A program made the translations under genes and the position numbers. From positions 36,202 to 100,201 of the forward strand of contig CAZLLR010000001.1 in assembly GCA_964560655.1 (NCBI GenBank): a stretch of DNA of 64,000 nt, in the 5' to 3' direction. Source of the DNA: an uncultured Candidatus Saccharibacteria bacterium. Lineage in GTDB: Bacteria > Patescibacteriota > Minisyncoccia > GCA-002772825. This document shows positions 27,750-35,979 of this stretch, in pieces (within the stretch, counting starts at the first letter, position 1; every line of letters begins with the position of its first letter). The notes beneath the pieces are model-generated. The model was not told where the DNA came from, made no database searches, and was given only the letters and a program-made list of their open reading frames with translations.

Positions 27750-29224
27750 CGATACTTACAAAAACAGATTTCAAAGAATACCTTTTGTGCAATAAGTGTC
27801 TTTGGCTTAAAAAGAAATGCCCGGAGGAATATATTCAAGGTGACTTTTCTCTTTTCCTTAAAAAACTTATAAAAGACGGTTATGAAGTTGAATCATATGT
27901 ACAAAAACTTTTTCCTGATGGTGTCTTTCTCTCAGGCGACAAAGAAGCATTGATTTCGAGAACAAAAGATTTACTTACAGGAGATAAACCAATCTTCCAA
28001 GCAACCTTTGAAACAGATAGTGGCCTTTTTGCTAAAGTCGATATTCTTGATTTTAATAAAAAGACAAATAAGTGGGACTTGTACGAAGTAAAAGCAAGTT
28101 CAGAAATAAAGACGGATATAAAACACAACCACGTTAAAGACGTTATATTTCAGACAATCGTTGCAGAAGACTCAGGAGTTGATATTGGTGATAGTTACAT
28201 TATCTATATAAATAGGGAATATAGGCGCAGTGGTGACATAGACCTTGATAAGTTATTTATAGTTGAGAATATTGTCGAAAAAGTAGTTGAGCAAAAGGAG
28301 TTAGTACGAGGAGAGATACAATGTGCGTTAGACATGCTTAAGAAAGATGATGTGTCTCTCGATGGATGTGACTGTTTATACAAAAGCCATGGCCAACGGT
28401 GCGATTCTTTTTTTAAGTTTAACCCAAATGTACCCGAGTACTCTATTCACCACATTGTCACAGGAAATAAGCTAAAGACACTTTTAGAAGAAGGACTGTT
28501 AGATATAAAAGATATACCAGAAGATTTTGAACTTACTGATATTCAAAGAGATAAGGTTTCCCTGCAAAAAATAGGTAAACCTCTTATAGATAAAATTGCA
28601 ATAAAACAAACCTTGTCAGAGTTAGTGTTTCCCATATACTTTCTAGACTATGAAACATATGGATCTCCCATACCTCTTCTTGATGGCTATAAGACGAATC
28701 AGCAAGTCGTATTTCAAGTATCATTACATGTGTTAAGAGAAGATGGAACATTGGAACACTTTGAGTATTTAGCAGATAAGCTAGATAGTGCCACGAGAGG
28801 GCTTGTAGATATGCTAAAGGCTAATATAGGCGATGTGGGGAGCGTCGTTGTATGGTATGAGAGCTTTGAGAAGGGGAGAAATGCAGAATTAGCCGAATTA
28901 CACCCAGAAGATAAAGAATTTATGGAAGATTTAAACAATAGAGTGTTTGATCTTATGAAAGTTTTTAAGAAAGATTACTTGCATCCAGATTTCCAAGGTA
29001 GCGCCTCAATAAAGAAAGTTCTTCCTGTTCTTTTGCCAGAGCTGTCATATAAAAATTTGGACATACAAAACGGTACGATGGCGCTTAGTGAATGGGAGAA
29101 GATAATTAAAGGAAAGTTGAGTAAAGAAGAGGCTGAAAAAATAAAGCAAAATTTACTAAAATATTGTGAGCTCGACACACTTGCTATGGTAGAGATATAT
29201 AAGAAGTTAGTTATGTTAGCATAA
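27734..29224 (+). CDS. DUF2779-type protein: PD-(D/E)XK nuclease-like N-terminus plus RNase H-like C-terminus
   Basis: CNKCLWL, AKVDIL..LYEVKAS, FLDYET, SASIKKVLP, LLKYCELDTLAM. Confidence 0.8.
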   Translation: MDDNITILTKTDFKEYLLCNKCLWLKKKCPEEYIQGDFSLFLKKLIKDGYEVESYVQKLFPDGVFLSGDKEALISRTKDLLTGDKPIFQATFETDSGLFAKVDILDFNKKTNKWDLYEVKASSEIKTDIKHNHVKDVIFQTIVAEDSGVDIGDSYIIYINREYRRSGDIDLDKLFIVENIVEKVVEQKELVRGEIQCALDMLKKDDVSLDGCDCLYKSHGQRCDSFFKFNPNVPEYSIHHIVTGNKLKTLLEEGLLDIKDIPEDFELTDIQRDKVSLQKIGKPLIDKIAIKQTLSELVFPIYFLDYETYGSPIPLLDGYKTNQQVVFQVSLHVLREDGTLEHFEYLADKLDSATRGLVDMLKANIGDVGSVVVWYESFEKGRNAELAELHPEDKEFMEDLNNRVFDLMKVFKKDYLHPDFQGSASIKKVLPVLLPELSYKNLDIQNGTMALSEWEKIIKGKLSKEEAEKIKQNLLKYCELDTLAMVEIYKKLVMLA

Positions 29225-29310
29225 TTGACTTTTTTAAGTATCTCTTGTAAGATATATTTAGATAGAAAGATAAACTCCGTACTTTATAACTTAAAAAGGA
29301 GGAAATCAAA
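29225..29310 (+). promoter_or_regulatory. Cassette promoter/leader module
   Basis: TTGACT-17-TAAGAT...TAAACTCCGTACTTTA...AAGGAGG; homologous to 31909-31984. Confidence 0.75.
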
Positions 29311-29466
29311 ATGAGTGACACAGATCATATTTGCTTAACAGATAAGATACTAGAGAAATTTTTCTCACACAATGCCTCAAGAGAAGACACGGATCGGATA
29401 ACAAAAGATATTGAGGATTGTGTTTTCTGTAAAAGAAAATACATTAAAAGAGGACTTAAGAAGTGA
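29311..29466 (+). CDS. Small zf-HC2 (ZAS anti-sigma)-like protein, 51 aa
   Basis: MSDTDHICLTDKILEKFF...ITKDIEDCVFCKRKY; SD-led; canonical His replaced by Asp. Confidence 0.55.
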   Translation: MSDTDHICLTDKILEKFFSHNASREDTDRITKDIEDCVFCKRKYIKRGLKK

Positions 29467-29512
29467 TGTGATCCTTAACATAAATTCTGTACTCTAAAAA
29501 GGAGGTTCCATA

Positions 29513-29755
29513 ATGAACAATGATTCTAAAATTTTCTTGCTTGGTGTTGTTTGTAGCTTATTGCAGATAGTCGGACTTGCTTTAATTATAGCAAGTCCAT
29601 ATTTACCACAATCCATTTCCGTTATTATTGGAATTAGTGGATTTGCTGCGATAGTTAAACTTTTTCTCCCAAGCAAAGCGGATTTTGAAGGAAAAATCCT
29701 TCGACCAGCTGCAGCATTAGCAGGATTTGGGATAATAATTATCTCTTTAATTTAA
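29513..29755 (+). CDS. Small 3-TM membrane protein
   Basis: Hydrophobic; CTGTACTCTAAAAAGGAGG leader. Confidence 0.7.
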   Translation: MNNDSKIFLLGVVCSLLQIVGLALIIASPYLPQSISVIIGISGFAAIVKLFLPSKADFEGKILRPAAALAGFGIIIISLI

Positions 29756-29775
29756 TATCATAATAAAATATTTTA

Positions 29776-29803
29776 AAAACCACGCAAAATATCGCGTGGT
29801 TTT
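29776..29803 (+). terminator. CCAC/GTGG hairpin family copy 3
   Basis: AAAACCACGC-AAAATATC-GCGTGGTTTT. Confidence 0.8.
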
Positions 29804-29932
29804 CTCTTTTTATATCATCTATATTTTATTATTCGTGTAGTGAATTAGAAGACAAGAAGCAACGGCTACCGAGTTTTTTTCGGTAGCCGTTGTAAATTAG
29901 GCTATCTAGTAGTAGACAAAACTAATTAGAGA

Positions 29933-31075
29933 TCAGAGAAATAAGTAAAGATACTCTTCATAACCTTCACTCTCCATCCCTTCCCTAGGTATAAATCTAA
30001 GGGCTGCGGAATTCATACAATATCTAACCTTATCATTTTCAATCGGTCCATCTAGGATAATATGCCCTAAGTGAGAATCGGCATATTTACTACGGATCTC
30101 CGTATGAGGGATGATCAATTTATAATCTTTTCTTTCTCTAACAAAATCTTTATCTATCGGCTTGAGAAAGCTGGGCCACCCTGTTCCTGAGTCAAATTTA
30201 TCTACTGAAGAAAATAATGGCTCCCCAGAGACTATATCTACATATATACCATCTTCATGATTGTCCCAATATTCATTTTGAAAGGCCGTCTCCGTACTTT
30301 CTTTCTGAGTAACTTTGTACTGTAGGGGAGTAAGAGTACTTCTTAATACTTCATCGATCGGTTTTTGAAAATTTTCCCATTCATTAGTATTAGATACAGA
30401 TTTTCCAATCTTTTCAAATAGATTGTCGTATGTGCCCTCACCCCAAATTGACTCTATAAACTTATCTCACCCCGAACCCTCTCTGTAATACTTATATCTA
30501 ATAGGATTCTTCTTATAATAATTTTGATGGTATTCTTCAGCTAACCAAAATGCTCCAGCCTTCTCAATACTCGTTGATATAGGTTTATCAAAGATTTTTC
30601 TTTCTTCAACTTGTTTTATTACTCCTTCTGCAATAGATTTCTCTTCATCTGTCTGGTAATAGACTGCTGAAGTATATTGATATCCACGATCGTAGAATGA
30701 CCCTTCATTATCCGTCGGGTCAGTATGCTTTAATAGATACAAAACAAGATCATGGTAATTAGTCTTAGTAGGATCATAGGTTACCTTAATCATCTCTCTG
30801 TGTCCGGTGTCGCCGGAAGAGACTTGATTATAACTCGGCTCTTCTACACCACCCCCCATATACCCAGATACAACATCTATAACTTCAGGTAATTTTTCAT
30901 AATCACTTTCAGTACACCAGAAGCAACCACCAGCAAAGTAAGCAACAGCTTCTCCCTTATTTGTAGTCGAAGTATCGATATTACTAGGCGCTGTTTTGCC
31001 TTTATACCAGCCGTAACCCCAAATACTTACCACTAGTATCCCTATAAGGACGATTATAAAAAATAGTTTAATCAT
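29933..31075 (-). pseudogene. msrAB: Membrane-anchored MsrA-MsrB fusion interrupted by one in-frame TGA (30467-30469)
   Basis: MsrA AGGCFWC, AEEYHQNY; after the TGA the same frame gives [33 protein letters not shown]. Confidence 0.88.
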
Positions 31076-31310
31076 ATGTCTTGTCATTATAACACTACAC
31101 ACTTATGATAAATAGATGACATGGAAAGAGCTAATCAAGATAACAAGCCTGCCAGTAGCAGTCACTTCTCTTTATTGCCTCGGTCCGCTTATCTTTGTAC
31201 TTCTAGCTTTGCCAGATGACGGAGACAGATGAGCCGTTCGCCTGTAAAGATTTCTATCTCAACATATGCCGGATATTTGAGAGTACTCGATCCTATGATA
31301 TACTTTTTAT

Positions 31311-31823
31311 ATGAAAAAAGGATTCATAAATGTATTGTTTATAATAGTAATTATAGTAATTGCCGGTGGTATTGGATATTTTATTTCTAATACTAACCGA
31401 GATATTGATAGTACTGAAGGAGTCAATGATATAACAACATCTTTAGATAAGACTATAGACCTAAGTAATAAGGGATTAAAAAGTATCCCTTATTATATAT
31501 TCGATCAGACAAACATAGAAGAACTCAATGTCTCTAATAATTCTTTGACAGGGGCTATACAAGCAGAGATAGGACACTTATCTAAACTAAAAATACTCAA
31601 TGCCAAAAATAATTTAATGACGGGAGTGCCAGCTGAGATCGGACAGCTACAAAACTTAGAAATCCTCGATCTCTCTAACAATCAACTTACGGGACTACCT
31701 AATGAACTAGGAAGTCTTAGAAAACTTAAAATATTAAACCTCTCTGGCAACCAATACTCAAACCAAGACCTTAAAGAGATCCGCGCTAAACTCCCAAAAA
31801 CAGTAAATATAATCCTAAATTAA
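31311..31823 (+). CDS. Membrane-anchored leucine-rich repeat protein
   Basis: MKKGF plus TM; LxxLxLSNNQLTGLPxELG repeats. Confidence 0.9.
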   Translation: MKKGFINVLFIIVIIVIAGGIGYFISNTNRDIDSTEGVNDITTSLDKTIDLSNKGLKSIPYYIFDQTNIEELNVSNNSLTGAIQAEIGHLSKLKILNAKNNLMTGVPAEIGQLQNLEILDLSNNQLTGLPNELGSLRKLKILNLSGNQYSNQDLKEIRAKLPKTVNIILN

Positions 31824-31834
31824 AAAGACTTTAA

Positions 31835-31910
31835 TACTGCCTACTGGCGACCTAATTTTAGACGACTAAAGAGAGTAGAAGCACGAAGGTGCCCTTGTAG
31901 TGATGATATT
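31835..31910 (-). repeat. Dispersed repeat copy F (inverted)
   Basis: 31839-31859 is the exact reverse complement of 26719-26739. Confidence 0.8.
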
Positions 31911-31984
31911 GACTTTTCTGAATATATCTTGTAAAATATGTTTAGAAAAAATAAACTTCGTACTTTAAAAAAGGAGCTATAACT

Positions 31985-32932
31985 ATGAGACAGAAAGTTA
32001 TTCTATTCGCTGGACCAGGAAGAGTTGCTGAGCCTACAATAGATAAATTAATACCATACGGGTGGAAGGCTGTAGTCAGTTATAGAGAAGGGCATAGAAA
32101 AGAAAGTGGCTCTCAAAAGACTGTAGAAACTTTAATCAATAAATATGGTACTGATGTTGTCTATGGTATCCCGGCAGAAATATCAGCGTACCCTGAAGCA
32201 CATAGATTCATAACAGAGGCCATGGCACACTATCCAGATATTGAAGAAATTGCCTTAATCAACGTAGCTTCTCAATATCCACCTAATCCATTTTTTGATA
32301 GAGCAACCAAAAGTGAGCTAATCAAAAAAGACTGGCGATACTTTTTATCCAACTTCTGCGTGATGCAGAACGTGACAAGGGTATTTCTAAGGCAGCTTGA
32401 AGGGAAAAATATAAAAGCAAATATCATAAGCTTCGGAGACAGTAGGGCTTATGAATATTTTTACCCTGACATCATACATCCTTTCTATTTCTCTAAAGAT
32501 AGAAAGGATAAAGATATCATCAACCTTTCTTTAAAAGAAGCTAAGGTGTTAGGATTAGATCTCCTAAGAAAATTGGGGGTAATTGGAAGGGATTGTAACC
32601 CTTATATGCTCTCAAAACTCTTGATAATGTATGCTACAAGAGAGCTTGCCCTTAAGCACGCTGGAGGTAACACTCAGATAAATGTCCTTGCTCCTGGAAT
32701 AATGGGCACATCTCCAAATGATAAACCCGGAGAAGCTGAGGCCTTTGCAAGAAAAACTACAATCTTACAGAGGATAGGAGGCTTCACCTCCGCTGCTGAT
32801 AAAATCGCCCACTTAGTAAGTGACAACTCTTATACTACTGGGGAGATAATCACAATAGATGGAGGTAAGCACCTGATATGGCTTGAAGAGCAAGAAATGA
32901 AGCGAAATAGAAGAAACTTAAATTTAGCTTGA
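31985..32932 (+). CDS. Divergent SDR oxidoreductase (pteridine-reductase-like)
   Basis: YxxxK (YMLSK), INVLAPG, YTTGEIITIDGG; degenerate Rossmann Gly motif. Confidence 0.7.
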   Translation: MRQKVILFAGPGRVAEPTIDKLIPYGWKAVVSYREGHRKESGSQKTVETLINKYGTDVVYGIPAEISAYPEAHRFITEAMAHYPDIEEIALINVASQYPPNPFFDRATKSELIKKDWRYFLSNFCVMQNVTRVFLRQLEGKNIKANIISFGDSRAYEYFYPDIIHPFYFSKDRKDKDIINLSLKEAKVLGLDLLRKLGVIGRDCNPYMLSKLLIMYATRELALKHAGGNTQINVLAPGIMGTSPNDKPGEAEAFARKTTILQRIGGFTSAADKIAHLVSDNSYTTGEIITIDGGKHLIWLEEQEMKRNRRNLNLA

Positions 32933-33018
32933 AAGCAATGCCCGATTCTCTTTAAAAGGAGTCGGGCATTTTATAATAAAAAGTATTATTTATCCTATTT
33001 TGCGGTATAATTAAAAAT

Positions 33019-33180
33019 ATGAGAGAAAGACCACTTATATGGGCAGGACTTTTTATAGGTTCTTTCATCGGTAGTTATATACCGATGTTTTGGGGAGGAA
33101 GTCTCTTATCTATAACATCTGTGCTGTTAAGCGCCATCGGCGCTTCTATCGGGGTGTGGATAGGCTACCAGCTTACGTAA
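33019..33180 (+). CDS. Small 2-TM Gly-rich protein, 53 aa (MRERPLIWAGLFIGSFIGSYIPMFWGG...)
   Basis: TATAAT-N7-ATG; hydrophobic hairpin. Confidence 0.65.
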   Translation: MRERPLIWAGLFIGSFIGSYIPMFWGGSLLSITSVLLSAIGASIGVWIGYQLT

Positions 33181-33862
33181 GCTTCTTCATATAAGCTAGC
33201 CAATAATTTCGCTTATAGCTCTGGCCTTTAAAACGATTGTAGTTAGTCTTCTTCAGTAATTTCTGTATTTTAAAATATTTTGAATATATCTCTGTAAAAT
33301 CTGTTTGGGAAAAAACTCTCTCTGTAAGCTTCATATCTGTATTAATATAAGTGTCATATTCTACACCAGGACTTTGCTTTAATAAGTTCTTAACATTCTT
33401 ATCTCCTTCTTTACACAAGGCTCTCACAAAAAAATGCCCTCTTGTCTTCAATACACGATAAACCTCCCTTAGGTAGATTGCACGTTCTTTCTCGTCTAGT
33501 GAGTTAGAGGACATAACATCAATAACTAAGTCATAAGAGCAGTCTTCAAATGGATAAGGTACGCCGATATTGGCTTCTAGATAACTGACTTTGATACCCA
33601 TCTCTTTTGCCCGAGACCGAGCAATCTTTATAGCAGTAGGGGACACTTCTAACCCTGTGACACTATTTCCCATCTGAGCTAGGTAATTGGCATTATTGCC
33701 AACCCCTGAACCAAGGTCAAGAATGTCCAGTTTGTCTATATCTGTGCCTTCATCTTTCTTTAGGAACTTAACGTATTGCTGAAGATCCTTACGCGGACCA
33801 CTACCCTTCGCTAAAAGCTGAGGGTTCTTATATTCTTTTTCCCATGCTGATATTTGAGCCAT
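33173..33862 (-). CDS. Class I SAM-dependent methyltransferase
   Basis: ILDLGSGVG, GLEVS, YDLVID, EVYRVLK. Confidence 0.9.
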   Translation of the reverse strand: MAQISAWEKEYKNPQLLAKGSGPRKDLQQYVKFLKKDEGTDIDKLDILDLGSGVGNNANYLAQMGNSVTGLEVSPTAIKIARSRAKEMGIKVSYLEANIGVPYPFEDCSYDLVIDVMSSNSLDEKERAIYLREVYRVLKTRGHFFVRALCKEGDKNVKNLLKQSPGVEYDTYINTDMKLTERVFSQTDFTEIYSKYFKIQKLLKKTNYNRFKGQSYKRNYWLAYMKKLT

Positions 33863-34044
33863 ATTTTTATTATATATAGTGTTTATTATAATCTAATTCA
33901 ATAATAAATTATATCATTAAATTAATGACCATATTATTCTTTGGTAAGAGAAACTACTAAACGACTCATCCGTTAGTTGTCATATGGGCCGTTTAACATT
34001 TATCTCTTATTGTCTATAAAAATAAATTGTGTATAATTATAAAT

Positions 34045-34164
34045 ATGGCAAAAAGAATTACAGGAGTAGGGAAGAACAAACAATCACGTTCAAAAAAGAC
34101 TAAGAAACGACTTGCTTTAAAGCATGAAATGTTGGCAAAAAAAGCCGATAAAAAACACAAATAA
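34045..34164 (+). CDS. Very basic 39-aa protein (MAKRITGVGKNKQSRSKKTKKRLALKHEMLAKKADKKHK)
   Basis: TATAAT-N7-ATG; Lys/Arg-rich. Confidence 0.65.
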   Translation: MAKRITGVGKNKQSRSKKTKKRLALKHEMLAKKADKKHK

Positions 34165-34190
34165 GTCTGCTTTTGGCGTGGTATTATAAT

Positions 34191-34394
34191 ATGAATAAAG
34201 GGTTTGGATTAATAGGGCTCTTAATAGGAATCGCTATCATAGCTATGATAGCTTTTGGTAGTTTCTACTATCCGGCTAATACGAAACAGGAGATTAAAGA
34301 CAACGGCGGAGCAAGTGGTATCTTAGACACAGCAAAAGGAGCAAAAGATGCTCTTGAAAAAAGAGATGCGGATATCTTGAGGCAGGTACAGTAA
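34191..34394 (+). CDS. Small pilin-like protein
   Basis: MNKG|FGLIGLLIGIAIIAMI class III-like signal, Glu5 absent. Confidence 0.65.
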   Translation: MNKGFGLIGLLIGIAIIAMIAFGSFYYPANTKQEIKDNGGASGILDTAKGAKDALEKRDADILRQVQ

Positions 34395-34510
34395 AAATGA
34401 TTATTAGATCTTATCGCCACGAACGGTATTGACTTTATTAAGATTTCTGGTAATATACAGAAAGAATAAAAAATAGATTTGAACTTTAAAAAATGAAAGG
34501 GGGGATAAAG

Positions 34511-34966
34511 ATGAGTGCATTACTGAAGCGACTTTTACGGAGAAAGAAGCATGGAGACACTACCTATACGGCAAAATGTGGACACAATACGCATTTAATA
34601 GCCAAAGTGACGGCATTTGGTGAAACAGTAGAGATGACATTAGAGCCGAACGAAGACGGCTCACTTAACTACTGTATTAAGTGCCTTGAGAAGATGACCC
34701 TTCAGTGCCCTTTATGTGAGGGGCCAATATTTATTGATACTCCAATTGTCTTTTACCCTAAAAAAGAAGGAATCGCTCCGTTTATTGGGTGTGCTACATT
34801 TTATTGCACTACCAAAAACCCAAGTAAAGATGCAGATCGAAGATTCCGATGGATACCTGGCAAAAAAGGGAAAGGTAAGGCTTCAATCGATGTCAATATA
34901 GAAATGATAGAAAGAAAAAAACGATGTGTAGCAATGTGCACATCAACAAGATGTACGCCCTTATAA
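34511..34966 (+). CDS. Cys-rich hypothetical (zinc-binding) protein
   Basis: CGH, CIKC, CPLC; leader TTGACT...TTTGAACTTTAAAAA...AAGGGGGG; GCAA-loop terminator 34983-35006. Confidence 0.7.
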   Translation: MSALLKRLLRRKKHGDTTYTAKCGHNTHLIAKVTAFGETVEMTLEPNEDGSLNYCIKCLEKMTLQCPLCEGPIFIDTPIVFYPKKEGIAPFIGCATFYCTTKNPSKDADRRFRWIPGKKGKGKASIDVNIEMIERKKRCVAMCTSTRCTPL

Positions 34967-35116
34967 TCTTTATCCGTAGACCACCCGAGACAGCAATGTC
35001 TCGGGTCTTTTTATTACTTTAATATGTAATTAATAAATGATATAATGTATAAAGCTTAAAGTAATGAAGTGTTAGTCTAGCTTCATATATTTATTAATTA
35101 ATTTTAATATATTTTT

Positions 35117-35305
35117 ATGCGAACATTTAAGACATGGGCGTTTAAGTGGTGGGAAGTTTCTTTTCTAAAGATCTGTCTTCTCTCGCTTGGTATCATTATG
35201 GCTCTGTATTTCTATGACTATCTTATGGGTCTCTTATAGCTATAGTGGGCACTCTTTATAGTGATAGCCACCTACCTCATCGTAAAGATTATTAAAGAAA
35301 ATTAA
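35117..35305 (+). pseudogene. Small 2-TM protein with two in-frame TAG codons
   Basis: MRTFKTWAFKWWEVSFLKICLLSLGIIMALYFYDYLMGLL*L*WALFIVIATYLIVKIIKEN. Confidence 0.6.
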
Positions 35306-35376
35306 GATCAAGAGCGTCTTAAAATATAAATGAAAAATAATAATATCAAACAAGAAAAAAACTAAGTTACACTTGT

Positions 35377-35979
35377 ATGCATGAGATATTACTGCTAATT
35401 ACACAATACAGATATATAATACTTTTTCCTTTGGCTGCAGTGGAAGGGCCTATAGTAGCCTTATTGGCGGGTTTTTTGGTGTCTACTCATTATCTTAGCT
35501 TTTTCCCAGCCTATGTTATTATGCTACTAGGCGATCTTATACCAGATACAGGTTACTATTATATAGGCAGGTTTGGAAACAAGAAAAAAATAATGGAAAA
35601 GTACGGGCATAAATCAAAGATTCTTTCTTTCAATTATACTTTATTAGAAAGACTTTGGTATAATCACGGAAAGAAGACTATGTTTTTCAGTAAGCTGGCT
35701 TATGGACTAAGTACACCCTTCTTAATAAGCGCCGGACTGGCAAACATAACATTCAAAAAATTCATATCCTACGCCATACCCACAACACTTTTCCAATATA
35801 CTGTTATAATGCTTGCAGGATATTTACTCGGGCATTCTTATTTATTGGTAGAAGCATATATAAAAAATGCCGAATTAGTTGTTGCAGCTTTCTTTATATT
35901 ATTTTTAGTAGGATACGCCATATTCTTTAAATACGCCAAACAACAAATTATAAACATGGAAAAAAAGTGTAAAAAATGA
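35377..35979 (+). CDS. DedA/VTT family membrane protein
   Basis: EGPIV..LAG, GDLIPD..YYIGR, ISAG. Confidence 0.85.
   Translation: MHEILLLITQYRYIILFPLAAVEGPIVALLAGFLVSTHYLSFFPAYVIMLLGDLIPDTGYYYIGRFGNKKKIMEKYGHKSKILSFNYTLLERLWYNHGKKTMFFSKLAYGLSTPFLISAGLANITFKKFISYAIPTTLFQYTVIMLAGYLLGHSYLLVEAYIKNAELVVAAFFILFLVGYAIFFKYAKQQIINMEKKCKK

Larger units (their letters stand above)
23188..35010. mobile_element. tRNA-Asn-anchored accessory island of small self-contained cassettes; no intact integrase in window; right border uncertain
   Basis: Starts right after tRNA-Asn; dense orphan small ORFs, gene fragments and repeated att-like motifs. Confidence 0.6.

Noticed and set aside
30467-30469. Selenocysteine or genetic code 25 at the msrAB TGA
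   Set aside because: The position is not a catalytic Cys, and TGA is a normal stop elsewhere (1114, 26364, 32932, 42879, 54450).
23188-35010. CRISPR array, classical integron or prophage
   Set aside because: Repeats are degenerate and irregularly spaced; no cas operon, IntI, canonical attC or phage structural genes.
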